NCBI GenBank assembly: GCA_038329515.1 | Contig: JBBQNA010000003.1 | Location: 1-56,372 of the forward strand | Direction of reading: 5' to 3' | DNA from: Candidatus Limnocylindrales bacterium | GTDB lineage: Bacteria > Chloroflexota > Limnocylindria > Limnocylindrales > CSP1-4 | DNA: 56,372 bases | In this document: piece by piece, positions 27,404 to 39,037 of the stretch | Layout of the letters: each line of letters begins with the position of its first letter | How positions within the stretch are numbered: the stretch's first letter is position 1 | Program-made: the position numbers and the translations under genes | The notes under the pieces: generated by a model | Databases searched by the model: none | Seen by the model: the letters and a program-made list of their open reading frames with translations, nothing else | Told to the model about the DNA's origin: nothing

Positions 27404-29215
27404 TCAGTGGATCTCGATGGGGAACTCGATGCTGCCCTCGACTACCTTGTCGAGGCGCTTGGTGCTGCTGACCTTGATGCCGTCCTCCTCGAAGCCGGAC
27501 AGGTCCATGGTCACCCGGAGGTCATCGTTGCGGGGTGCGGTGCGGAGCGACTTGAGCAGCCCGTTGAAGGTCGTGGGGCACGCCGTGGGGTCGTATGCGC
27601 ACTCGGAATCCGGGCCGAACTGATCGGCGCCGATGGTCAGGTAGCCGCCGCCGGTGGCCGTGGCAGGCACCTTGAGGCTGACGATGGTGCTGGTCGTGCC
27701 GCCCTTGTAGATCTTGAGCGAGACCTTGAAACGCAGCTCGTCGCCGGGTCGTGCCGTGATGGACGAGCGCGACTTCCAGGGTCCCCCATTGCGGGACACA
27801 AGCGCCGACCGGATGAAGTACGCCTTGACGATGGGGCTGACGGTGGCGTGCATGGTCACGCTGTCGAAGCGGACCTTCTCGCTGGGCGTGGACTCGATCT
27901 CGTCCAGCTGGTCCAGCAGCAGCTGGCCCGCCTCAAGGCCCACGGAGCTGGTATTGGCGACCCGGTCCGATCGGACCAGCGCCCACTTCTGGCCGTTGGG
28001 TCGGGTGCCCCGGATGGTCCAGTCGAGGACAGCCGTGCCGCCACCCTCGCTATCGGCGGTGGTCATGATGTCGTACAGCATGTGGTTGGCGGCCACGATG
28101 GGCACCCACGACGACGTGGTGACCGACGTGTGACCAGTCCGGATGTAGCCACTGTCCGCAGCCCGGACACGCGCCGTCAGCAAGATGCTCCGCGGCTTCG
28201 TGCCGATGGTGGCCCGGATGCCAGACAGGCGGTCCTGGTCCAGGAGGCCGAACATGCGTCCGATGTTGGCCAGCTTGAAGGGGGTCCCCGTGGGATCGTC
28301 CACGATGGTGATGGAGCTGGCCCGGGCGGCCCCGAAGGCGACCTTGCCGTCGCCGGTCATGGGGTGACCGAAGCCGAGCACCGTGTCGCCACACACGGAG
28401 GTCGTGGTGCCCACAGCTGCGATGGTGATGTCGCCGCTGGAGATGACCCCCGCAAGGTTGCCGCCCGGCACGGGTGCCGGCGCCAGCGTGGAGGACGTGC
28501 CCGCGGATGCGGCGGAGCCGGACATCACCTTGATGCTGCCGAACTCCCGGCGGAGCGCGTTGGTCAGCTTGTTGCGGATGGCACCCCTGGCGCCCGTGAT
28601 GACCACGGGCACGGCCAATCGGCTGAGGGTGGATGCGCTCGCCGTGGAGACGCCCGCCTCCCGGGCCACGGTGGTCCGGAGCGTCTTCGTCAGGCGGACC
28701 GTCTGGCGGTCACGCGCGGCGCTCGAGGAGTAGCTCGCGATGCGCTGCATCTGTCGAGCGGGTGTCATGCCGCCGATGCGCGACGGGCCGTAGGAGAAGC
28801 CGTACGACACGGCGCCCGCGAGCTTGCCGTTGAGGTACACGGGCGAGCCGGACATCCCCGCCCAGATGCCGTGGCCCTCGCTGATGACCCGCTCGCCGGG
28901 CAGGTCGCTGACCTTGATGATGATGAGGTTCCGCCCTGGGGCGATGCCATCCACGAGCGTACCCAGGATCTTCACCCGGAACGGTCGGGGCGTGTCACCC
29001 GTGGTCACTGTCCAGCCAGTGCCGACCATGCCCTCCGTGACGGCAGCCTCACCGATGGTCGCCGGGCATGGCCCCGGCGCGACGAGCGTCGACGTGGTGG
29101 CCGAGCGCACGCTGGCCGATCGCTGCGATGCTCCGACGGGACCCGTCCCGACGCCGACGGTCATCGCCAGGGCGACCGCGATCCCCGCGCACACGCGCAC
29201 ACGTCCTGCCGGCAT
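27404..29215 (-). CDS. SpoIVB-type (peptidase S55 domain) exported serine protease
   Basis: Signal-like N-terminus; GIWAGMSGSPVYLNGKLAGAVSYGF and VLGFGHPM; GGAGG upstream. Confidence 0.85.
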   Translation of the reverse strand: MPAGRVRVCAGIAVALAMTVGVGTGPVGASQRSASVRSATTSTLVAPGPCPATIGEAAVTEGMVGTGWTVTTGDTPRPFRVKILGTLVDGIAPGRNLIIIKVSDLPGERVISEGHGIWAGMSGSPVYLNGKLAGAVSYGFSYGPSRIGGMTPARQMQRIASYSSSAARDRQTVRLTKTLRTTVAREAGVSTASASTLSRLAVPVVITGARGAIRNKLTNALRREFGSIKVMSGSAASAGTSSTLAPAPVPGGNLAGVISSGDITIAAVGTTTSVCGDTVLGFGHPMTGDGKVAFGAARASSITIVDDPTGTPFKLANIGRMFGLLDQDRLSGIRATIGTKPRSILLTARVRAADSGYIRTGHTSVTTSSWVPIVAANHMLYDIMTTADSEGGGTAVLDWTIRGTRPNGQKWALVRSDRVANTSSVGLEAGQLLLDQLDEIESTPSEKVRFDSVTMHATVSPIVKAYFIRSALVSRNGGPWKSRSSITARPGDELRFKVSLKIYKGGTTSTIVSLKVPATATGGGYLTIGADQFGPDSECAYDPTACPTTFNGLLKSLRTAPRNDDLRVTMDLSGFEEDGIKVSSTKRLDKVVEGSIEFPIEIH

Positions 29216-29320
29216 CCCGCCGTACCTCCGCTGGGTGGAGCCCCAGACCGCCCTCTTCCCGGCCGGCTCCAGACGGCGACTCTAGCCGATGCACGCCAGG
29301 TCGTCCGGTACGATGGATCG

Positions 29321-30508
29321 ATGACGATGGGCAAGCCGGACACGCTCGGTCGGGAGCGCATGACGAGCCGTTTTCGGGAGCTGACGGATGCGTCCGTCGA
29401 CGCTGCCGCGATCCGGGTGGTCCGGGGTCCGGGGCGGGTCAACCTCATCGGTGAGCACACCGACTACAACGACGGCTACGTGCTGCCTGCGGCCATCGAC
29501 CTGGAGATCGTCATCGCACTGGTGCCTACCGATGATGGACGGGCGACCATCACGTTGGACGAAACGGGCGAGACCGCCAGCGTGGATGTTCGGGAGGTAG
29601 GACCCCGGCGTGGCGACTGGACCGACTACGTGGCGGGCACGGCGCGGGAGTTGACCAGCGCGGGCCTGGGCGTCCGGGGGTTCCGGGGTGTCCTGGCGAG
29701 CAGCCTGCCGGAAGGCTCAGGGCTGTCATCGTCGGCTGCGTTGGAGCTGGCGTCCGCCTGGGCCATGTCGCCCGTCGGAGGTCCAGCCGTGCCCCCTCTG
29801 GAGATGGCTCGCATCGCCCAGCGAGCAGAGAACGAGTACGTTGGCGTCCGCTGTGGCCTGATGGACCAGTTCGCCTCTGCCTGTGGCGTGGCGGGCGGTG
29901 CGGTGATGCTCGACTGCCGGACCCTGGAGTACCGGACGGTGGTCCTGCCCGATGAGCTCGTCATCTGCGTCATCCACTCGGGCGTTCCCCGAACCCTGGT
30001 CGCCTCGGCCTACAACGAGCGGCGCGCCGACTGCGAGCGGGCGGTCGCGGCCGTGCGGCGCCAGCGACCTGAGGTGCGTGCCCTGCGGGATGTCGATCTG
30101 GGGATGCTTGCGCAGGCCACGGACCTGGACGATATCGCGCGCATGCGCGCGATTCACATCATCGAGGAGAACGAAAGGGTCCTGGCGACACTGGACGCGC
30201 TCGCGGCGGGCGACATGCCGGCGATCGGCGAGCTGTTCGGGGCCAGCCACGCTTCGCTGCGCGACCTGTTCGAGGTGAGCTGCCCGGAGCTGGACCTGCT
30301 GGTGGAGCTATCGGCCGCGACCCCGGGCGTGGTCGCCGCACGGATGACCGGGGCAGGTTTCGGCGGCTGCATCGTGGTCCTGACGTTGCCCGACGCCGTC
30401 GACGACCTGAGGGCGCGCGTGGAACGCGACTATCCCGCACGCACGGGCCGGACGCCACGACTGTGGCGAGTGCGGGCGGCCGCCGGGGCCGGCGAGCTGA
30501 CCGACTGA
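29321..30508 (+). CDS. galK: Galactokinase
   Basis: PGRVNLIGEHTDYNDGYVLPAAI, GSGLSSSAALE, CGLMDQ, ARMTGAGFGGC. ATG at 29321 lies 6 nt after TACGAT. The upstream part of the 1051-aa ORF is antisense shadow of the S55 gene. Confidence 0.96.
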   Translation: MTMGKPDTLGRERMTSRFRELTDASVDAAAIRVVRGPGRVNLIGEHTDYNDGYVLPAAIDLEIVIALVPTDDGRATITLDETGETASVDVREVGPRRGDWTDYVAGTARELTSAGLGVRGFRGVLASSLPEGSGLSSSAALELASAWAMSPVGGPAVPPLEMARIAQRAENEYVGVRCGLMDQFASACGVAGGAVMLDCRTLEYRTVVLPDELVICVIHSGVPRTLVASAYNERRADCERAVAAVRRQRPEVRALRDVDLGMLAQATDLDDIARMRAIHIIEENERVLATLDALAAGDMPAIGELFGASHASLRDLFEVSCPELDLLVELSAATPGVVAARMTGAGFGGCIVVLTLPDAVDDLRARVERDYPARTGRTPRLWRVRAAAGAGELTD

Positions 30509-30545
30509 AGCCGGTGGCTAGCTCGCGACCATCCTGGAGCGATCG

Positions 30546-31442
30546 CTAGCCCTTCGTCGAGCCGAGCGTCAGGCCACCGATGAACTGGCGCTGCAGCACG
30601 AGATAGACCACGAGCGTCGGCAACGCGACGATCAATGCGCCGGCGGCGACCAGGTTGTTGTCCACGAAGAACTGGCCCTTGAGATTGTTGAGGGCTGATG
30701 TGATCGGGTACTTCGCGCCCGTGCGCATCAGCATCAGCGCCCAGAAGAAGTCGTTGTAGATGAACGTGAACTCGAGGGTCGCGAGGGCGGCCAGGGCAGG
30801 CTTGGTCAGCGGCATGATGACGCGGCTGTACGTCGTCCAGACGGATGCGCCATCCACGACCGCAGCCTCGTTCAACTCCTTGGGCAGCGTCTTCATGTAG
30901 TTGCTGAGCACGAATGTGCAGAAGCCCAGCTGGAACGCGACGTGGATGACGATCATGCCCAGGTACTGGTCGTACAACAGCCCGTTGTCACTCAGCGGCG
31001 GGAAGATCGGGATGCTCAGGTACATCCGGAATAGCGGCGTGATGATCACCTGCGGCGGCAGCAGATTGAGCGCGGTGAACAGCATCAGCAGCACGAGATT
31101 GAATCGCCAGCTGTAGCGAGATACTGCGAACGCCATCATCGAGGCCAGGAACAGCACGATGACCACGGCGGGCACCACGATGACGAGGGTGTTCAGGAAG
31201 TAGCGCGCGAGCTCAGCCTTGTTCCACGCATTCGCGTAGTTGTCCAGCGTGAGCGTGTCCGGCAGGGATACGAAACCCTTTGACGATGTCTCGGCATACG
31301 GCCGTAACGACTGGTAGACCGTCCACAACAGCGGGAACAGCCAGACGATGCAGATAGCGATCAGGAATACGTGCAGGAACGTGCGGTTCCAGTCGCGCGG
31401 CTTCCGGGTGTGGCCCTGCGGGGGCTGTGTCGCGGCGCTCAT
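30546..31442 (-). CDS. Carbohydrate ABC transporter permease (MalG-like)
   Basis: Multiple TM segments, EAA motif LPKELNEAAVVDGAS, C-terminal GLTLGSTKG. Confidence 0.93.
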   Translation of the reverse strand: MSAATQPPQGHTRKPRDWNRTFLHVFLIAICIVWLFPLLWTVYQSLRPYAETSSKGFVSLPDTLTLDNYANAWNKAELARYFLNTLVIVVPAVVIVLFLASMMAFAVSRYSWRFNLVLLMLFTALNLLPPQVIITPLFRMYLSIPIFPPLSDNGLLYDQYLGMIVIHVAFQLGFCTFVLSNYMKTLPKELNEAAVVDGASVWTTYSRVIMPLTKPALAALATLEFTFIYNDFFWALMLMRTGAKYPITSALNNLKGQFFVDNNLVAAGALIVALPTLVVYLVLQRQFIGGLTLGSTKG

Positions 31443-32422
31443 GTCGCCTCCTCGCGGACGGAGCGGACCAGGAAGTACACGATGGGGCCTAGCGAGATGA
31501 GCAGCAGGATGACCGCGATCGACGAGCCGAAGCCGATCAGGCTCGCCTCCCCGATGAGGTTGTTGGTGACCAGGATCGAGAGCAGTTCCAGACCATTCTT
31601 TCCACGATTGATGATGTAGGCGATGTCGAAGGCCCGGAGTGACTCGATGACAGTGATCACGAGCACGACCACGTTGATGGGCCGGAGCACCGGGAACACC
31701 ACCCGGAAGAATGTCTGGCGCTCGTTGGCGCCGTCGATCTGTGCTGCCTCACGAAGGCCGGGATCGACCGCCTTGAGACCAGCCAGGTAGAGCACCATCA
31801 CGTAGCCGATGTGCCGCCACGAAGCAGCCACGAGGACCGCCCACAAGTTGATGTCCTTGTCGCCCAGCCAGTCGATGAAGCCAGGGTCCCGGGAGGTGGT
31901 GCCCAGCACGTTGTTCAGGAACCCCTGGTCGGGCGAGTACTGCAGCTGCCAGATGAAGCCGACGATGGCAAGCGAGAGCACCACCGGCATGTACAGCACG
32001 CTCTGATACACGCGCGTGCCACGCATCCCCTTGTCCAGCAGGACTGCCAGGAACAGGCCGATGGGTGTGGCCACGAAGATGAAGAACGCCAGCCACAGGA
32101 TATTGTGGGTGAACGCCGGCCAGAAGGGCTTGTATTTGGTGAACAGGTTGACGTAGTTATCGAGGCCGTTGAACTTGATGCGGTCGATGCCGCCGATACC
32201 GTTCCAGGAGGTGAATGAGAGCACCACGGACAGGATGGTCGGCAGCAGGATGAAGAACACGACCAGGAACGTCGGGATGGCCACCATCCCGAGCAGGATC
32301 AGCCGGTCGACCCGGGTGAGCGTGCTGAAACGACGGCGTCTGCGGCCCGGGGACGCAGAAGCCCCCGCCCCGCCTGTGATCGGCGGAGCGGGGGGCATCT
32401 TCTCGGCGACGTGCTGCGTCAC
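31439..32422 (-). CDS. Carbohydrate ABC transporter permease (MalF-like)
   Basis: YLAGLKAVDPGLREAAQIDGA EAA motif and TM segments. Confidence 0.93.
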   Translation of the reverse strand: MTQHVAEKMPPAPPITGGAGASASPGRRRRRFSTLTRVDRLILLGMVAIPTFLVVFFILLPTILSVVLSFTSWNGIGGIDRIKFNGLDNYVNLFTKYKPFWPAFTHNILWLAFFIFVATPIGLFLAVLLDKGMRGTRVYQSVLYMPVVLSLAIVGFIWQLQYSPDQGFLNNVLGTTSRDPGFIDWLGDKDINLWAVLVAASWRHIGYVMVLYLAGLKAVDPGLREAAQIDGANERQTFFRVVFPVLRPINVVVLVITVIESLRAFDIAYIINRGKNGLELLSILVTNNLIGEASLIGFGSSIAVILLLISLGPIVYFLVRSVREEAT

Positions 32423-32443
32423 CGGACGATCTGTACTGCTGGC

Positions 32444-33712
32444 CTACTGCGGCGGGAGGGTGTCCCAGAAGTCCTGGACGCCCTGCTGGAAGGCGGCCAG
32501 GTCCTGATCAGGCTCGCCCAGGAAGCTCTGGAGGAAGCCCTGCATGCCATTCGGGCCGGCGAAGTCCGGCCGGGTGTCACGATCGAGGAACTGGGCGATA
32601 GCGCCGGCGCTGGCGATGATCTCCGCCGACTTCGCCTGGAACGGGGTGTACCCGCTGGTGTCGACGTCATTGGCCGCGCCCACACTGTTGGGGCTGACCG
32701 CCAGGAACGCGTTCTGCGCCGCGCCCGTCGACAGGCACTTCAGGAGGGCCTTGGCGCCCTCCGGGTTCTTGGGGGCCTTGCTGAGCATGAACCCGTCGAT
32801 GGGCGCGTCGATGCCCAACTGGGAGTCGAACTCGGTCCCCAGCGTCGGGAACGCGAAGAAGTCGAGGTTGCCGCGCTCTTCCGGCGTTGCCTGCTCACCG
32901 GCGAAGGTGCCCAGGAAGTACATGCCCGCCTTGCCGGCGATCATGTCCTGCGCGGCTTCCTGCCAGGTGCGTCCGAGCGCTCCGACCTGATGCACCGGGA
33001 GCAGGGTCTTCCACGCCTCGAACACGGCGGTCACCTTGGGGTCGGTCCACTTCTCGGTGCCTACCATGAGGCCGGTATGGAAGTCATATCCGTTGATGCG
33101 CAGGTTGAGGATGTCGAACGTGCCCATGGCGGGCCAGCCGTCCTTGTCCGCGAATGCGACGGGCACGAGGCCGTCCGCCTGCATCTGGGTCGCGAGCGCG
33201 GTGAAGCTTGCCAGATCGGTCGGGACCGCGTAGTTCTTCTCAGCCCAGAGGGCCTTGTTGTAGATGACCACCCAGGGATAGTTGTAGAAGGGCACGAAGA
33301 TCTGCTCGCCATCGTTGCCGGTGGACGCAGACTTGAAGGCCGGGTTGTAGTTGCTCTCGATCTCGGCCCAGACGTCGCTCACGGAAGAAGCGAGGCCCTG
33401 GTCGTAGAAGAACTTGGCACGGTACCCAGCGAACCACGTGAACACGTCATCAGGGGTGCCCTGGAGGTACGAGTTGATCTGGTCCTGGAAGGTGCCGTGG
33501 TCGACCGTGTTGACGGTGTACGTGTCTCCGGTGATGGTCGCGCAGTAGTCGAGCGCGGCCTGAAAGGCGGCCTTGGGCACCTCGTCCGAGTAGTTCGAGC
33601 CCACCGTGACCACGCCGCCCTGGGCGCTGGCACCGATGCCGCTGACGCTGAGTGCGGCGACTGCCAGGCCGGTCATCACGACCGACCTGCGAACGCCATG
33701 ACGGAACGCCAT
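32444..33712 (-). CDS. Carbohydrate ABC transporter substrate-binding protein
   Basis: Signal peptide; PDDVFTWFAG, VPFYNYPWVVIYNK; AGAGGAGG SD; directly upstream of two permeases. Confidence 0.92.
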   Translation of the reverse strand: MAFRHGVRRSVVMTGLAVAALSVSGIGASAQGGVVTVGSNYSDEVPKAAFQAALDYCATITGDTYTVNTVDHGTFQDQINSYLQGTPDDVFTWFAGYRAKFFYDQGLASSVSDVWAEIESNYNPAFKSASTGNDGEQIFVPFYNYPWVVIYNKALWAEKNYAVPTDLASFTALATQMQADGLVPVAFADKDGWPAMGTFDILNLRINGYDFHTGLMVGTEKWTDPKVTAVFEAWKTLLPVHQVGALGRTWQEAAQDMIAGKAGMYFLGTFAGEQATPEERGNLDFFAFPTLGTEFDSQLGIDAPIDGFMLSKAPKNPEGAKALLKCLSTGAAQNAFLAVSPNSVGAANDVDTSGYTPFQAKSAEIIASAGAIAQFLDRDTRPDFAGPNGMQGFLQSFLGEPDQDLAAFQQGVQDFWDTLPPQ

Positions 33713-33791
33713 GAAGGATCCTCCTCTTGCCTCTTCTGTGCCCCGCGGAAGGACCGCAGACGGATCAACAGAAACCCACAGGTTCCGACGG

Positions 33792-33891
33792 AGTGTGACC
33801 CGCTGGAGTCCATCCTGTCAAGGAGTCGCTCCCTATCTGTCCCATTCCTGACCGCGCCGTCGTTGACTTATGTCCGGTTATGCGCGAAACT
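33792..33891. promoter_or_regulatory. Divergent sigma70-like promoters of the ABC operon and the DeoR operon
   Basis: - strand TTGACA (33821-33816)-18 nt-CACACT; + strand TTGACT (33863-33868)-17 nt-GAAACT, with a TTATG direct repeat at 11-bp spacing (33868 and 33878 region) as a possible DeoR site. Confidence 0.45.
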
Positions 33892-33978
33892 CCGACCGGC
33901 GCAAGATCTGCGTCGAGGCATGCGTCGGGACGCACGTCACCGGGCTGCGACAGCCGCACATGAGGAGACGCGTCACCC

Positions 33979-34812
33979 GTGCTCGCCCGTCAGCGTCACG
34001 CCTACATCCTTGACCGTGTGCGCACGGATGGCGGGGTGCGCGTGGCGGACCTCGTGCGCGAGCTGGAAGTGTCGGACATGACCATCCGGCGGGACCTGGA
34101 GCTGCTCCACGAGCAAGGTCTCCTGGAGAAGGTCCACGGTGGCGCCACGACAGTGCCGTCGAGCGCGCTATTCGAGCCTGGGTTCAGTGCCAAGGTGACC
34201 CTCCAGCAGGAGGCCAAGGAGCTCATCGCGGCCGCCGCAGCGGCACTCGTGAGCCCCGGACAGGCCATCGCCATCTCGGCGGGCACCACCACCTACGCCG
34301 TGGCACGCCGGCTCCTGGACGTGCCTCGGCTGACCGTGGTCACCAACTCCGTGCCCGTCGCGGACGCCCTGTACCACGGTGGACGGGCCGACCAGACGGT
34401 CATCCTGACGGGTGGCGTGCGGACACCCTCGGACGCCCTCGCGGGGCCGTTCACGGTCGCTGCGCTGCGGATGGTGAACGTGGACCTGGTGCTCATGGGC
34501 GTCCATGGCATGGACCAGCGGGCCGGTTTCACGACGCCCAACATGCTGGAGGCGGAGACCGACCGGGCACTCGTGGAGGCCGGTCGGCGCCTCGTGGTCG
34601 TCGCCGACCACACCAAGTGGGGCGTCATCGGCGTCAGCACCATCGCCCGCCTGACGCAGGCGGACCTGCTCATCTCCGATAGCGGCCTGTCCGAATCAGC
34701 GCGCCTGGTCCTGGAGGAGCAGGTGCAGGAGCTGCACATCGCGGGCGAGACCGGACGGCCCGACAATGTGGTCGCGTGGCGTACCGACAGCGAAGGCGGT
34801 CGCCCGCAATGA
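33979..34812 (+). CDS. DeoR/GlpR family transcriptional regulator
   Basis: VSDMTIRRDL..L..KVHGGA HTH, SAGTTT, VVTNS, ADHTKWG; GAGGAG SD. Confidence 0.95.
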   Translation: MLARQRHAYILDRVRTDGGVRVADLVRELEVSDMTIRRDLELLHEQGLLEKVHGGATTVPSSALFEPGFSAKVTLQQEAKELIAAAAAALVSPGQAIAISAGTTTYAVARRLLDVPRLTVVTNSVPVADALYHGGRADQTVILTGGVRTPSDALAGPFTVAALRMVNVDLVLMGVHGMDQRAGFTTPNMLEAETDRALVEAGRRLVVVADHTKWGVIGVSTIARLTQADLLISDSGLSESARLVLEEQVQELHIAGETGRPDNVVAWRTDSEGGRPQ

Positions 34813-35860
34813 CGGACATCCCTGCCGCCGCCATGGACGAGGCTGGCAGCGTGACGCGGGCGCACCCCCACCGGCGGTACGACCCCTTGCTCGATCGCTG
34901 GGTGCTGGTGTCGGTCGGCCGGACCCGCCGGCCCTGGAACGGTTCGCGCGAGAGCACCAGCCGTCTGGAGCCGCTGCGCCATGACCCGCGCTGCTACCTG
35001 TGTCCCGGTAACGAGCGCGCCAACGGCGAGCGCAACCCGGACTACACGGGCACGTTCGTGTTCACCAACGACTTCGCTGCCCTCCAGCCGGACAGCCCCA
35101 TCGATCGACGCGAAGACGGGCTGCTGGTCGCCGAGGGTGAGCGGGGCACGAGTCGGGTGGTGTGCTACTCGCCGCGCCACGACCTGGGCATGGCGAGCAT
35201 GCCCGTGGACGACATCCGGACCGTCGTCGACATGTGGGCCGACCAGACGACCGAGCTGGGCGCCCGGTACCGCTGGGTCCAAGTGTTCGAGAACCGGGGC
35301 GCCGAGATGGGAGCATCGAGCCCGCACCCACATGGCCAGATCTGGGCCGGCTCGGCGTTGCCGACGGATGCTGCCCGGGAGGATGCGACGCAGCGGACAT
35401 ACGCGGACGCCACAGGTCACCGGATGCTGCTCGACTACGCCGCCCAGGAGCTCTCCGGGCCGCGGGTCGTGGAACAGGACGTCGACTGGCTGGTGGTCGT
35501 GCCCTACTGGGCCGCCTGGCCATACGAGACGATGATCCTGCCACGGGCGCCGGCGTCCCGGATCGAGGATCTGGAGCCAGCGCGCCGGGACTCGCTGGCA
35601 CGTGTCCTGAGCCGGTTGCTGCAGTGCTACGACGCCCTGTTCCAGCGGCCATTCCCGTACTCCATGGGCTGGCACCAGGCGCCGTTCGGGGCCGGCGGCA
35701 CGGACCATTGGCAGCTGCACGGCCACGTCCTGCCGCCGCTGTTGCGGCAGAACGTGCGCAAGTTCATGGTCGGCTACGAGCTGCTGGCGGAGCCGCAGCG
35801 CGACATTACGCCCGAGGACGCGGCCGAACAACTGCGCGAAGCAGGCGCCACATTGCTGTC

Positions 35861-35864
<4 letters not shown>
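34809..35864 (+). CDS. galT: Galactose-1-phosphate uridylyltransferase
   Basis: [54 protein letters not shown]. Confidence 0.96.
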
Positions 35865-37375
<1,511 letters not shown>

Positions 37376-37386
37376 CGGAGGGCCTG

Positions 37387-39033
37387 TCACGGGTCGAAGT
37401 CGGGGGCTCGATGGACGACCTCATCGTCGATGAGGGTCACGAGAGGCCTGGTCGCCGCAAGGTGCTCCCCTCTCCTGCCTGGCTCGAGCAGGCCGGCGAT
37501 GGGTACGATCAGCAGGTCGGCAGGGCTGTCTGGCATCAGCCGTCCGAGGCGATGGTCGCCCAGGGACAGGCAGGGGTCCACGCACGCGGCACGCAACGCC
37601 CGGTCGACACCGATGGCTTGCTCCGGATGGAGCGCGGCTCGTTCCTCGGGCCAGGCCGGGTCCACGCGCGCCATGGCCGCAGCCAGGTTGCGCCACGGGT
37701 CGGGTGACTCGACCGGGGCATCCGTGCCGAAGGGCATCAGCGCACCGGTGGCATCCAGGGCAGCGATGGGGAACGCGTGCGCAGACCGGTTGCCCCACGC
37801 CTGACGGACCGCGGGCGCGTCCGAGCACAGGTGGCAGGGCTGCACGGACGCCGCGATGCGAGCGCGCGAGAAGCGCGGCACATCTGCCGGATCGACCAGC
37901 TGGGCGTGCTCGACCCGGTGGGCGATCCCTGGGACCCGCACCAGCGCCTCCAGGACGTCCAGCGCGGCCCGAACCGCGGCGTCGCCGATGCCGTGGATCT
38001 GGACGGCGATGCCTGCGGCGGCGGCGGTGCGCGCCACGTCCCGCATCGCCGCCTGGTCGTGGGTGATCATGCCCGCTGGTCCGCCAACCGGTCGGCCGCC
38101 GGCGTCATCCACCTCGTACGGCGCCAGCAGCGCCGCGCTCCGGGAGCCGAGCGACCCATCCGCGAACAGCTTCAACCAGCCATCGCGATAGCGGCCGATG
38201 CCCTGCCCCGTGTGCATCCCGGCCTGGATCGCCGCAGCCAGCTCGATCTCCCGGACGGATGCCGCGACCCGGAGTGGCAGGCGATCCTGCCCGGCGAGAC
38301 TCCGGTAGAGCCGCGGTCCCTGCAGGGGCGCGCCGATGGCGAGGTCGCCCGGGTCGTGGACACCGGTGACGCCGAGGGATGCGAGCAGTGCGGCGTAGCG
38401 GGCCAGGTCCATGGTCCGATCTGCGCTGGTCCGCGTCGGGATGACCGCGTCGAGCAGTGTCGCTGCGGCTTCGTGCAGCACGCCCGTGGGCAGCCCATCC
38501 GAGTCGCGCCTGACCAAGCCGCCGCCAGCGCTGGCCGCAGATGTGATACCTGCTCGTGTGAGTGCGGGCCGGCTTGCCCAGCGGGCATGATGATCGTGGC
38601 TCCAGAGTGCCACCGGGCGCCCCGGCGCCAGCAGCCTCAGCTCGTCCGCGGTCGGCCACGCCCCCAGCTGGTCGAGTGACCAGCCGTCGCCGAGTAGCCA
38701 CGGATCTGCTACCCCGCGCGCCGTCAGGGTTGCGTGCGACTCGGCGATCGCGGCCCAGACGCTGGCACGGTCTGACAGGTCACCCAGCCGCAGGCCTGCG
38801 GCGGCCGCCGCAGCCATGCCGAGGTGGAGATGGGCATCCGTGATGCCGGGCATCACGCAGGTGCCCGGCGGCAACTGCCAGCGCTGTGTTTGGGGACCCG
38901 CCAGCGATTCGATGGCCTGGCGTGTGCCGGTGTGGCTGACGATGCCATTGGTGAGAGCGATGGCTTCGACCTCGCCCAGGCCGGTCTGTCCGGCAAGGGT
39001 CAGGACGCGCCCGATGATGATCCGGTCGGGCAC
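37387..39033 (-). CDS. Metal-dependent amidohydrolase (YtcJ-like, Amidohydro_3)
   Basis: PGITDAHLH, KLFADGSLGSRSA, HGIGDAA, RVEHAQ, GTDAPVE, PADL. Probable GTG start at 39033. Confidence 0.9.
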   Translation of the reverse strand: MPDRIIIGRVLTLAGQTGLGEVEAIALTNGIVSHTGTRQAIESLAGPQTQRWQLPPGTCVMPGITDAHLHLGMAAAAAAGLRLGDLSDRASVWAAIAESHATLTARGVADPWLLGDGWSLDQLGAWPTADELRLLAPGRPVALWSHDHHARWASRPALTRAGITSAASAGGGLVRRDSDGLPTGVLHEAAATLLDAVIPTRTSADRTMDLARYAALLASLGVTGVHDPGDLAIGAPLQGPRLYRSLAGQDRLPLRVAASVREIELAAAIQAGMHTGQGIGRYRDGWLKLFADGSLGSRSAALLAPYEVDDAGGRPVGGPAGMITHDQAAMRDVARTAAAAGIAVQIHGIGDAAVRAALDVLEALVRVPGIAHRVEHAQLVDPADVPRFSRARIAASVQPCHLCSDAPAVRQAWGNRSAHAFPIAALDATGALMPFGTDAPVESPDPWRNLAAAMARVDPAWPEERAALHPEQAIGVDRALRAACVDPCLSLGDHRLGRLMPDSPADLLIVPIAGLLEPGRRGEHLAATRPLVTLIDDEVVHRAPDFDP

Positions 39034-39037
39034 CGGG

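Noticed and set aside
27353-29320. Apparent 1051-aa galactokinase fusion
   Set aside because: The upstream part is an open antisense frame of the S55 peptidase gene; GalK homology starts after 29321.
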